NCBI RefSeq assembly: GCF_044324785.1
Contig: NZ_CP172127.1
Source: Escherichia coli
GTDB lineage: Bacteria > Pseudomonadota > Gammaproteobacteria > Enterobacterales > Enterobacteriaceae
Reading direction: 5' to 3' (one strand)
DNA: 64,000 nt
Part shown: positions 55,339 through 64,000 of the stretch, piece by piece
How positions within the stretch are numbered: position 1 is the stretch's first letter
How the letters are laid out: the number at the start of each line of letters is the position of its first letter
Notes under the pieces: model-generated
What the model saw: only the letters and a program-made list of their open reading frames with translations
The model's database searches: none
What the model was told of the DNA's origin: nothing
Made by a program: the position numbers and the translations under genes

Positions 55339-58015
55339 CGAACCCTTACGTCCCGACCCCGATCGTCTGCTGGAACAAACTGCCGCGCCGCATCGGGGGA
55401 AGCTGAAAGTTTTCTTCGGTGCCTGTGCGGGCGTCGGGAAGACCTGGGCGATGCTGGCAGAGGCCCAGCGACTGCGGGCGCAAGGGCTGGATATTGTGGT
55501 TGGCGTGGTTGAAACCCACGGGCGGAAAGATACCGCCGCAATGCTGGAAGGGCTGGCTGTTCTGCCGCCCAAACGCCAGGCGTACCGTGGGCGGCATATC
55601 AGCGAGTTTGATCTCGATGCCGCCCTCGCCCGCCGTCCGGCGCTGATCTTAATGGACGAACTGGCGCACAGTAATGCGCCAGGTTCTCGTCATCCTAAAC
55701 GCTGGCAGGACATCGAAGAGCTGCTGGAAGCAGGCATTGATGTTTTCACAACCGTCAACGTTCAGCATCTGGAAAGTCTGAATGATGTGGTCAGCGGCGT
55801 CACCGGAATTCAGGTACGGGAAACCGTGCCCGATCCTTTTTTCGATGCCGCCGACGACGTGGTGCTGGTGGACTTGCCCCCGGACGATCTGCGTCAAAGG
55901 CTGAAAGAAGGTAAAGTCTATATTGCCGGGCAGGCGGAACGCGCCATTGAACATTTTTTTCGCAAAGGCAATCTGATCGCCCTGCGCGAACTGGCACTGC
56001 GCCGTACTGCCGATCGCGTAGATGAGCAAATGCGCGCCTGGCGGGGGCATCCTGGCGAAGAGAAAGTCTGGCACACGCGCGACGCGATCCTTTTATGCAT
56101 CGGGCATAACACCGGCAGCGAAAAACTGGTCCGCGCGGCGGCGCGGCTGGCGTCACGGCTGGGTAGCGTCTGGCACGCGGTGTATGTTGAAACCCCTGCC
56201 CTGCACCGCTTACCGGAGAAAAAACGTCGGGCAATTCTCAGCGCCTTACGTCTGGCGCAGGAGCTGGGCGCGGAGACGGCAACACTTTCTGATCCAGCGG
56301 AAGAGAAAGCGGTAGTGCGTTATGCGCGTGAACATAATCTCGGCAAGATTATTCTCGGTCGCCCGGCCTCGCGCCGCTGGTGGCGTCGGGAAACGTTTGC
56401 TGACCGACTGGCGCGCATCGCCCCCGATCTCGATCAGGTGCTGGTCGCGCTTGATGAACCACCCGCCCGCACGATTAACAACGCGCCGGATAGCCGCTCT
56501 TTTAAAGACAAGTGGCGGGTACAGATTCAGGGATGCGTGGTTGCCGCCGCGTTATGCGCCGTTATCACCTTAATTGCCATGCAGTGGCTGATGGCGTTTG
56601 ATGCCGCCAACCTGGTGATGCTGTATCTGCTGGGCGTGGTGGTGGTGGCGCTATTTTATGGACGCTGGCCTTCGGTGGTTGCCACCGTCATTAATGTGGT
56701 GAGTTTCGATCTCTTTTTTATCGCCCCACGCGGCACGCTCGCCGTCTCTGATGTGCAATATCTGCTGACCTTCGCGGTGATGTTAACCGTCGGGCTGGTG
56801 ATCGGGAACCTTACTGCTGGCGTGCGTTATCAGGCGCGGGTAGCCCGTTACCGCGAGCAACGCACACGGCACTTATATGAAATGTCGAAAGCTCTGGCTG
56901 TGGGCCGCAGTCCGCAGGACATCGCCGCCACCAGCGAACAATTTATTGCCTCCACGTTTCATGCCCGCAGTCAGGTGTTGTTGCCCGATGACAACGGTAA
57001 ATTGCAGCCGTTAACACATCCGCAAGGAATGACGCCGTGGGACGATGCCATCGCGCAGTGGAGTTTTGATAAAGGCCTGCCTGCGGGCGCGGGCACCGAC
57101 ACGTTACCCGGTGTACCGTACCAGATTTTGCCGCTAAAAAGCGGCGAGAAAACCTACGGGCTGGTGGTGGTGGAACCGGGGAATCTGCGCCAGTTGATGA
57201 TCCCGGAACAGCAACGCCTGCTGGAGACGTTTACGCTGTTAGTCGCCAATGCGCTTGAGCGGCTGACACTGACCGCCAGCGAAGAACAGGCGCGGATGGC
57301 AAGCGAACGAGAACAGATCCGCAACGCCCTGCTGGCGGCGCTTTCGCATGATTTACGCACGCCGCTTACGGTGCTGTTCGGACAGGCAGAAATCTTAACG
57401 CTCGATCTGGCAAGCGAAGGATCGCCGCACGCCCGCCAGGCCAGCGAGATTCGTCAGCATGTGCTGAACACGACCCGACTGGTGAATAATCTACTGGATA
57501 TGGCGCGAATTCAGTCCGGCGGCTTTAATTTGAAGAAAGAGTGGTTAACGCTGGAAGAAGTGGTCGGCAGCGCGCTGCAAATGCTGGAACCGGGTTTATC
57601 GTCGCCCATCAATCTTTCTCTGCCAGAACCGCTGACCTTAATCCACGTTGACGGGCCACTCTTTGAACGGGTGCTGATTAATCTGCTGGAGAACGCGGTG
57701 AAATACGCGGGTGCACAGGCCGAAATTGGTATCGATGCCCACGTTGAGGGCGAAAATCTACAACTGGATGTCTGGGATAACGGCCCCGGTCTTCCGCCAG
57801 GCCAGGAGCAGACGATATTTGATAAGTTTGCTCGCGGGAATAAAGAGTCGGCGGTGCCGGGTGTCGGGCTTGGGCTGGCAATTTGTCGGGCGATTGTGGA
57901 TGTACACGGTGGCACCATTACCGCGTTCAACCGACCGGAAGGTGGTGCCTGTTTTCGTGTTACACTTCCCCAGCAAACTGCCCCTGAACTTGAAGAATTT
58001 CATGAGGATATGTGA
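55331..58015 (+). CDS. kdpD: Sensor histidine kinase KdpD
   Basis: 894 aa starting [38 protein letters not shown]; C-terminal HisKA/HATPase (H-box LSHDLRTPL). Confidence 0.96.
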   Translation: MNNEPLRPDPDRLLEQTAAPHRGKLKVFFGACAGVGKTWAMLAEAQRLRAQGLDIVVGVVETHGRKDTAAMLEGLAVLPPKRQAYRGRHISEFDLDAALARRPALILMDELAHSNAPGSRHPKRWQDIEELLEAGIDVFTTVNVQHLESLNDVVSGVTGIQVRETVPDPFFDAADDVVLVDLPPDDLRQRLKEGKVYIAGQAERAIEHFFRKGNLIALRELALRRTADRVDEQMRAWRGHPGEEKVWHTRDAILLCIGHNTGSEKLVRAAARLASRLGSVWHAVYVETPALHRLPEKKRRAILSALRLAQELGAETATLSDPAEEKAVVRYAREHNLGKIILGRPASRRWWRRETFADRLARIAPDLDQVLVALDEPPARTINNAPDSRSFKDKWRVQIQGCVVAAALCAVITLIAMQWLMAFDAANLVMLYLLGVVVVALFYGRWPSVVATVINVVSFDLFFIAPRGTLAVSDVQYLLTFAVMLTVGLVIGNLTAGVRYQARVARYREQRTRHLYEMSKALAVGRSPQDIAATSEQFIASTFHARSQVLLPDDNGKLQPLTHPQGMTPWDDAIAQWSFDKGLPAGAGTDTLPGVPYQILPLKSGEKTYGLVVVEPGNLRQLMIPEQQRLLETFTLLVANALERLTLTASEEQARMASEREQIRNALLAALSHDLRTPLTVLFGQAEILTLDLASEGSPHARQASEIRQHVLNTTRLVNNLLDMARIQSGGFNLKKEWLTLEEVVGSALQMLEPGLSSPINLSLPEPLTLIHVDGPLFERVLINLLENAVKYAGAQAEIGIDAHVEGENLQLDVWDNGPGLPPGQEQTIFDKFARGNKESAVPGVGLGLAICRAIVDVHGGTITAFNRPEGGACFRVTLPQQTAPELEEFHEDM

Positions 58016-58689
58016 CAAACGTTCTGATTGTTGAAGATGAACAGGCTATTCGTCGCTTTCTGCGCACGGCGCTGGAGGGCGACGGTATGCGCGTCTTTGA
58101 GGCCGAAACGCTGCAACGCGGCTTGCTGGAAGCGGCAACCCGTAAGCCAGATTTGATTATTCTCGATCTCGGCCTGCCCGATGGTGATGGGATTGAGTTT
58201 ATCCGCGACCTGCGCCAGTGGAGCGCGGTGCCGGTGATTGTGCTTTCCGCACGTAGCGAAGAGAGCGACAAAATCGCCGCGCTGGATGCCGGAGCGGATG
58301 ATTACCTGAGTAAGCCATTTGGTATTGGCGAATTGCAGGCCCGCCTGCGCGTCGCTTTACGCCGCCACTCTGCCACCACCGCGCCCGATCCGATGGTGAA
58401 ATTTTCCGATGTTACCGTCGATTTAGCAGCTCGTGTGATCCATCGGGGCGAGGAAGAGGTGCATCTCACCCCGATTGAGTTCCGCCTGCTGGCAGTGTTG
58501 CTTAATAATGCGGGAAAAGTGCTCACCCAGCGCCAGCTCCTTAACCAGGTGTGGGGGCCAAACGCGGTCGAACACAGTCATTATTTGCGTATTTATATGG
58601 GGCATCTGCGACAAAAACTGGAGCAAGATCCCGCCCGCCCCCGCCATTTTATTACTGAAACCGGTATTGGGTATCGGTTTATGCTTTAG
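58012..58689 (+). CDS. kdpE: Response regulator KdpE (OmpR family)
   Basis: 225 aa; ATGA overlap with kdpD. Confidence 0.96.
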   Translation: MTNVLIVEDEQAIRRFLRTALEGDGMRVFEAETLQRGLLEAATRKPDLIILDLGLPDGDGIEFIRDLRQWSAVPVIVLSARSEESDKIAALDAGADDYLSKPFGIGELQARLRVALRRHSATTAPDPMVKFSDVTVDLAARVIHRGEEEVHLTPIEFRLLAVLLNNAGKVLTQRQLLNQVWGPNAVEHSHYLRIYMGHLRQKLEQDPARPRHFITETGIGYRFML

Positions 58690-58699
58690 GGTCTGAATT

Positions 58700-58797
<98 letters not shown>

Positions 58798-58807
58798 AGT
58801 CATAAGT

Positions 58808-58840
58808 AAAAAAGGGCGATCTTCCGACCGCCCTTTTTCT
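58808..58840. terminator. Bidirectional intrinsic terminator between convergent kdpE and pgm
   Basis: AAAAAGGGCGATCTTCCGACCGCCCTTTTTCTT; stem with A-tract and T-tract on either side. Confidence 0.65.
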
Positions 58841-58852
58841 TATTAAATGTGT

Positions 58853-60493
58853 TTACGCGTTTTTCAGAACTTCGCTAACAATCTCAACCGCTTCTTTCTC
58901 AATCTGCTTGCGATGTTCTTCCCCGAGGAAGCTTTCGCAATAAATCTTGTACGCGTCTTCCGTGCCTGACGGACGCGCGGCGAACCAGCCGTTGTCAGTC
59001 ATCACTTTCAGACCGCCAATAGAAGCACCGTTGCCCGGAGCAGCAGTCAGGCGTGCGGTGATCGGGTCACCTGCCAGGGTGCTGGCGCTCACCATTTCCG
59101 GAGACAGCTTAGACAGCGCCGCTTTTTGTGCGGAAGTCGCAGCTGCCTGCAAACGGTTGTAGCTCGGCGCACCAAAGCGTTTTGCCAGTTCGTTGTAGTG
59201 TTCCTGCGGGTTCTTACCGGTGACAGCGGTGATTTCCGCCGCCAGCAGACACATAATGATGCCGTCTTTATCGGTGGACCACGGCGTGCCGTCGAAACGC
59301 AGGAAGGAAGCCCCTGCGCTCTCTTCACCGCCAAAGCCGAAGCTGCCGTCGAACAGACCATCAACAAACCATTTGAAACCTACCGGTACTTCTACCAGCT
59401 TACGGCCCAAATCATTGACCACACGGTCGATCATCGCAGATGAAACCAGCGTTTTACCGACAGCAACATCTTTGCCCCACTGCGGACGATGCTGGAACAG
59501 GTAGTTGATCGCCACCGCCAGGTAGTGGTTCGGATTCATCAAACCTGCCGGAGTGACGATACCGTGACGGTCATAATCCGGGTCGTTAGCAAACGCCAGA
59601 TCGAACTTATCACGCAGTGCCAGCAAGCCCGCCATCGCACACTCGGAGGAGCAGTCCATACGGATCGCGCCGTCTTTATCGAGGTGCATAAAGCGGAAGG
59701 TTTGATCGACCTGATCGTTAACGATGGTCAGGTTGAGATTGTAATACTCGCCAATGCGCTTCCAGTATTCGATACCGGAACCACCCAGCGGATCAACGCC
59801 CAGCGTCAGGCCCGCTTTCTGAATCGCCGCCATATCAACGATATCGGCCAGACCTTCCACAAACGGCTGCACCAGATCCTGCTCTTTCACATGACCGGAT
59901 GCCATCGCTTCGTCGAGGGCGATACGCTTCACGCCTTTCAGGCCATCAGCCATCAGTGCGTTGGCCCTGTCTTCCACCACTTTAGTGACGTTGGTATCAG
60001 CCGGGCCACCATTTGGCGGATTGTACTTGATACCACCATCTTCCGGCGGGTTATGAGACGGTGTAATCACGATACCGTCTGCCAGCGGGCCACCTTTTTT
60101 ATTGTGAACCAGGATGGCATTGGAAACGGCAGGCGTCGGGGTGAAGCCATTGTTTTCCTGCACAATGACATCAACGCCATTCGCTGCCAGCACTTCCAGT
60201 ACGGAAATGAACGCAGGCTCGGACAGAGCGTGAGTATCTTTACCCACATAGCAAGGGCCAGTGATGCCGTTTTTCGCACGTTCTTCAGCAATTGCCTGAG
60301 CGATCGCCAGAATGTGCGGCTCGTTAAAGCTGTGGCGCGCTGCACTACCACGGTGACCGGAAGTACCGAATTTCACCGCGTGCTCCGCATTCCCTGCTTC
60401 TGGTTTCAGTACATAATATTGCGCCGTCAGTTGGGCGACGTTAATCAAATCACTCTGTTGTGCAGGTTGGCCTGCACGATTGTGGATTGCCAT
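58853..60493 (-). CDS. pgm: Phosphoglucomutase
   Basis: 546 aa starting [22 protein letters not shown]; active-site TASHNP-like motif ([10 protein letters not shown]); ORF track extends 17 codons upstream. Confidence 0.96.
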   Translation of the reverse strand: MAIHNRAGQPAQQSDLINVAQLTAQYYVLKPEAGNAEHAVKFGTSGHRGSAARHSFNEPHILAIAQAIAEERAKNGITGPCYVGKDTHALSEPAFISVLEVLAANGVDVIVQENNGFTPTPAVSNAILVHNKKGGPLADGIVITPSHNPPEDGGIKYNPPNGGPADTNVTKVVEDRANALMADGLKGVKRIALDEAMASGHVKEQDLVQPFVEGLADIVDMAAIQKAGLTLGVDPLGGSGIEYWKRIGEYYNLNLTIVNDQVDQTFRFMHLDKDGAIRMDCSSECAMAGLLALRDKFDLAFANDPDYDRHGIVTPAGLMNPNHYLAVAINYLFQHRPQWGKDVAVGKTLVSSAMIDRVVNDLGRKLVEVPVGFKWFVDGLFDGSFGFGGEESAGASFLRFDGTPWSTDKDGIIMCLLAAEITAVTGKNPQEHYNELAKRFGAPSYNRLQAAATSAQKAALSKLSPEMVSASTLAGDPITARLTAAPGNGASIGGLKVMTDNGWFAARPSGTEDAYKIYCESFLGEEHRKQIEKEAVEIVSEVLKNA

Positions 60494-60518
60494 TGCTTTG
60501 TCCTTTGTCTGCAACGTT

Positions 60519-61064
60519 TTAGATAGTTCCGCAAACCTTCTCAATCAATTCCGCCGGGAATTGCATCGACTGCATGATGTGTTCGATCATGCTGCATTTA
60601 CGGCCGGTGTTGGTGTTGGTGATCACCCAATATGGCGTGCCTGGCACATGTTTCGGCTTGGTCTGATTACCATTTTTCAGCAGCGTTTGTTCATCTGCCG
60701 CAAAGTAAACGCGTGTACGACCGTGCAACGATTCCGTGGCCTCGGCAAACGCCTGGGCGTCAAGAGAATATAGTGTAGACAACAGCAGCATGAAGCGATT
60801 GACCGCTCGCTTTTGCTCTGCGTATTCATCCGAAAGCAAAAGTTCACGCATTGCGCGAACCTTGTCTTTAATCGTTTTGACCGGCTTCGCTTCGACGATA
60901 GCAGGTGACGCAACGCGAACCTCTTTCGTCACCGGAGCAGCAGGCTGTGATGCGGCGGAAAATTTCAACATACGCCGTAAAATGTCGGATGCGCTCTCGC
61001 CGATATGCTTAGTGTGGCTGGCAATATAGCTGTAGAGTTCATCATCAACTTCAATCGTTTTCAT
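60519..61064 (-). CDS. seqA: Negative modulator of replication initiation SeqA
   Basis: 181 aa starting [32 protein letters not shown]; ORF track extends 45 codons upstream. Confidence 0.96.
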
Positions 61065-61248
61065 CTTAATCCAGTGCAGTGTCTTAGCTGAATACAAGTC
61101 GCCAGGAGTATATGAATAAATCCCGGCAGCGGATAGCGTCAAGCCTGGCTTGCAGAAAAACTCGGAATAAACCTTATTTGTTGCAGCCCTGTGGCACAAT
61201 GGTCAACATAATACCCTAACCCGACAACGCGAAAAAAAGAACTTTGCC

Positions 61249-62013
61249 ATGAAATTGAATATCCGCGCGCAAACTGCACAAAACCAGCACAATAATTCTC
61301 CCATCGTTCTTGTCCATGGTCTGTTTGGTAGCCTCGACAACCTTGGCGTACTGGCTCGCGATCTGGTAAACGATCACAATATCATCCAGGTTGATATGCG
61401 TAACCACGGTCTTTCACCGAGAGATCCGGTAATGAATTACCCGGCGATGGCGCAGGATCTTGTTGATACCCTGGATGCACTGCAGATCGATAAAGCAACA
61501 TTTATCGGTCACTCCATGGGCGGTAAAGCGGTAATGGCACTTACTGCACTGGCCCCCGATCGCATCGATAAACTGGTGGCGATCGATATCGCACCGGTCG
61601 ACTATCACGTACGCCGGCATGATGAGATTTTCGCGGCCATCAACGCAGTCAGTGAATCGGACGCACAAACTCGCCAGCAAGCAGCAGCAATAATGCGCCA
61701 GCATCTTAATGAAGAAGGGGTGATTCAGTTTCTGCTGAAATCTTTTGTTGACGGGGAGTGGCGCTTTAACGTGCCGGTATTGTGGGATCAGTATCCGCAT
61801 ATTGTGGGGTGGGAGAAAATCCCGGCATGGGATCACCCTGCCCTGTTTATCCCTGGCGGCAATTCTCCATATGTTAGCGAGCAGTACCGTGATGATTTAC
61901 TGGCACAATTTCCACAGGCACGGGCGCATGTGATTGCAGGCGCAGGTCACTGGGTCCATGCTGAAAAACCGGATGCGGTATTACGCGCTATCCGTCGCTA
62001 TCTCAATGATTAA
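61249..62013 (+). CDS. ybfF: Alpha/beta-hydrolase esterase YbfF
   Basis: 254 aa; GHSMGG nucleophile elbow. Confidence 0.95.
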   Translation: MKLNIRAQTAQNQHNNSPIVLVHGLFGSLDNLGVLARDLVNDHNIIQVDMRNHGLSPRDPVMNYPAMAQDLVDTLDALQIDKATFIGHSMGGKAVMALTALAPDRIDKLVAIDIAPVDYHVRRHDEIFAAINAVSESDAQTRQQAAAIMRQHLNEEGVIQFLLKSFVDGEWRFNVPVLWDQYPHIVGWEKIPAWDHPALFIPGGNSPYVSEQYRDDLLAQFPQARAHVIAGAGHWVHAEKPDAVLRAIRRYLND

Positions 62014-62152
62014 CGCAACTGATTAAAAACCCAGCGTCCGCGTCGCTTTCCGCGCGTGGGCGTTGGCGTGACTCATCGCGCTGATGTATTATGGCGCGCT
62101 ATCCATCCGGGCAGAGGCCTGGCTGATTGTTTCCCCCGAAGTCACCAAGATC

Positions 62153-62446
62153 ATGGCCAAAGAACAAACGGACCGTACGACATTAGATCTGTTCGCGCAC
62201 GAGCGTCGACCGGGACGACCGAAAACTAATCCGCTTTCGCGCGATGAACAGCTGCGTATTAATAAACGCAACCAGCTAAAACGCGACAAAGTACGTGGCC
62301 TTAAGCGTGTCGAACTGAAGCTGAACGCGGAAGCTGTCGAGGCGCTAAACGAGCTGGCGGAATCGCGCAATATGAGCCGTAGCGAACTGATCGAAGAGAT
62401 GTTAATGCAGCAACTGGCGGCGCTGCGTAGTCAGGGCATCGTTTAA
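62153..62446 (+). CDS. ybfE: CopG/RHH-family DNA-binding protein YbfE
   Basis: 97 aa starting [28 protein letters not shown]; ORF track extends 23 codons upstream. Confidence 0.85.
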   Translation: MAKEQTDRTTLDLFAHERRPGRPKTNPLSRDEQLRINKRNQLKRDKVRGLKRVELKLNAEAVEALNELAESRNMSRSELIEEMLMQQLAALRSQGIV

Positions 62447-62585
62447 ATTTCCACTTTCATGTAGCACAGTGTGCAGTCCTGCTCGTTTGCTGATTCCGCA
62501 AGACTGCCTGTTCTGCTATGATTGCCTTTATCCGTGGGCAATTTTCCACCCCCATTTCAATAAGTTTCAAGAGGTTATTTCACTC

Positions 62586-63116
62586 ATGGCTATCACTGGC
62601 ATCTTTTTCGGCAGCGACACCGGTAATACCGAAAATATCGCAAAAATGATTCAAAAACAGCTTGGTAAAGACGTTGCCGATGTCCATGACATTGCAAAAA
62701 GCAGCAAAGAAGATCTGGAAGCATATGACATTCTGCTGCTGGGCATCCCAACCTGGTATTACGGCGAAGCGCAGTGTGACTGGGATGACTTCTTCCCGAC
62801 TCTCGAAGAGATTGATTTCAATGGCAAACTGGTTGCGCTGTTTGGTTGTGGTGACCAGGAAGATTACGCTGAATACTTCTGTGACGCATTGGGCACCATC
62901 CGCGACATCATTGAACCGCGCGGTGCAACCATTGTTGGTCACTGGCCAACTGCGGGCTATCATTTCGAAGCATCAAAAGGTCTGGCAGATGACGACCACT
63001 TTGTCGGTCTGGCTATCGACGAAGACCGTCAGCCGGAACTGACCGCTGAACGTGTAGAAAAATGGGTTAAACAGATTTCTGAAGAGTTGCATCTCGACGA
63101 AATTCTCAATGCCTGA
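62586..63116 (+). CDS. fldA: Flavodoxin 1
   Basis: 176 aa starting [23 protein letters not shown] (FMN-binding loop). Confidence 0.97.
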
Positions 63117-63321
63117 TGTGATGCGGCGTAGACTCATGTCTACGCCGTATTAATAGATAATGCCAATCAAAATAATTGCTACAAATTTGTAACTTTTGCT
63201 GTTGTACCTGTACAATGTCCCGGTGTTCAAGTGGCCTTGCCGTTGTAAATGTAAGCAGTGCCACGTTTTTATTAACAATATTTGCCAGGGACTTGTGGTT
63301 TTCATTTAGGCGTGGCAATTC

Positions 63322-63340
63322 TATAATGATACGCATTATC
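63322..63340 (+). promoter_or_regulatory. Fur box at the uof-fur promoter (fur autoregulation)
   Basis: TATAATGATACGCATTATC, about 16/19 match to GATAATGATAATCATTATC, overlapping the uof start. Confidence 0.7.
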
Positions 63341-63412
63341 TCAAGAGCAAATTCTGTCACTTCTCCTAATGAAGTGAACCGCTTAGTAACAGGACAGATT
63401 CCGCATGACTGA
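63326..63412 (+). CDS. uof: fur leader peptide Uof (28 aa)
   Basis: MIRIISRANSVTSPNEVNRLVTGQIPHD*; stop overlaps the fur start. Confidence 0.8.
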   Translation: MIRIISRANSVTSPNEVNRLVTGQIPHD

Positions 63413-63851
63413 TAACAATACCGCCCTAAAGAAAGCTGGCCTGAAAGTAACGCTTCCTCGTTTAAAAATCCTGGAAGTTCTTCAGGAGCCGGACAACCAT
63501 CACGTCAGTGCGGAAGATTTATACAAACGTCTGATCGATATGGGTGAAGAAATTGGTCTGGCTACGGTATATCGCGTACTGAACCAGTTTGACGACGCTG
63601 GTATCGTCACCCGCCACAATTTTGAAGGCGGTAAATCCGTATTTGAACTGACACAGCAACATCACCACGATCACCTGATCTGCCTCGACTGCGGCAAGGT
63701 TATCGAATTTAGTGATGATTCCATCGAAGCGCGTCAGCGTGAAATTGCCGCAAAACATGGCATTCGCCTGACTAACCACAGTCTCTATCTTTACGGTCAC
63801 TGTGCCGAAGGCGATTGCCGCGAAGATGAGCACGCGCACGAAGGCAAATAA
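63405..63851 (+). CDS. fur: Ferric uptake regulator
   Basis: 148 aa starting MTDNNTALKKAGLKVTLPRLKILEVLQEP; HHDH and CxxC metal sites. Confidence 0.98.
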   Translation: MTDNNTALKKAGLKVTLPRLKILEVLQEPDNHHVSAEDLYKRLIDMGEEIGLATVYRVLNQFDDAGIVTRHNFEGGKSVFELTQQHHHDHLICLDCGKVIEFSDDSIEARQREIAAKHGIRLTNHSLYLYGHCAEGDCREDEHAHEGK

Positions 63852-63866
63852 GCCAGCCGGAACGAG

Positions 63867-63894
63867 AAAAGCCAACCTGCGGGTTGGCTTTTTT
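63867..63894 (+). terminator. fur intrinsic terminator
   Basis: AAAAGCCAACC-loop-GGTTGGCTTTTTT. Confidence 0.7.
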
Positions 63895-63934
63895 ATACAC
63901 GGGAAATAAGAAAAGCGAGAGTTACAGCTCTCAC

Positions 63935-64000
63935 TTATTTGTTATTACTGCGAATTTCCTGCCAGACCTTATCACAATCGGCTTTCACCGCCTGATCATT
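63935..64000 (-). CDS. chiQ: 3' end of chiQ-like lipoprotein gene (continues beyond window end)
   Basis: Minus-strand translation ...NDQAVKADCDKVWQEIRSNNK*; K-12 places chiQ next to fur, convergent. Confidence 0.5.
   Translation of the reverse strand, partial: NDQAVKADCDKVWQEIRSNNK

Noticed and set aside
52753-56234. Minus-strand ORFs (up to 258 aa) antisense to kdpB, kdpC and kdpD
   Set aside because: Antisense shadow ORFs inside the conserved kdp operon.
59489-60526. 345 aa plus-strand ORF antisense to pgm
   Set aside because: Antisense shadow ORF; pgm is the real gene.

Overview
This window reads as an Escherichia coli-type chromosomal segment, equivalent to the K-12 tolQ to fur/chiQ region in reverse orientation. 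All gene calls rest on reading the supplied six-frame translations and the DNA; K-12 comparisons are from memory, and no database search was run. Core genes, in window order: tolQ (5' end), ybgC, ybgE, cydX, cydB, cydA, sucDCBA, sdhBADC, gltA, the cryptic ybgDQPO fimbrial operon, abrB, nei, pxpACB, ybgI, dtpD, phr, ybgA, ybfA, kdpFABCDE, pgm, seqA, ybfF, ybfE, fldA, uof, fur and the 3' end of chiQ. Three segments differ from the K-12 arrangement. (1) Between cydA and sucD, where K-12 carries mngR-mngA-mngB, there is a ~13 kb plus-strand insert: an AT-rich two-gene module of unknown function (4697-6144), then a coenzyme-B12-dependent glutamate mutase / methylaspartate pathway cluster (glmS-glmL-glmE-mal, two uncharacterised genes, a DAACS symporter, a class I fumarase paralogue, a corrinoid adenosyltransferase) and a convergent LysR regulator. 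(2) An Rhs element (rhsC-like, 1383 aa) whose C-terminal toxin is coupled by an ATGA overlap to an immunity gene, followed by an orphan Rhs C-terminal toxin with a signal-peptide-bearing immunity gene. (3) kdpE abuts pgm across 163 bp of REP-like palindromes and a terminator, with no speF-potE. The best candidate for an undescribed system is the 4697-6144 module; the orphan Rhs toxin/immunity pair is second. No tRNA, rRNA, CRISPR array, IS element or integrase was seen.
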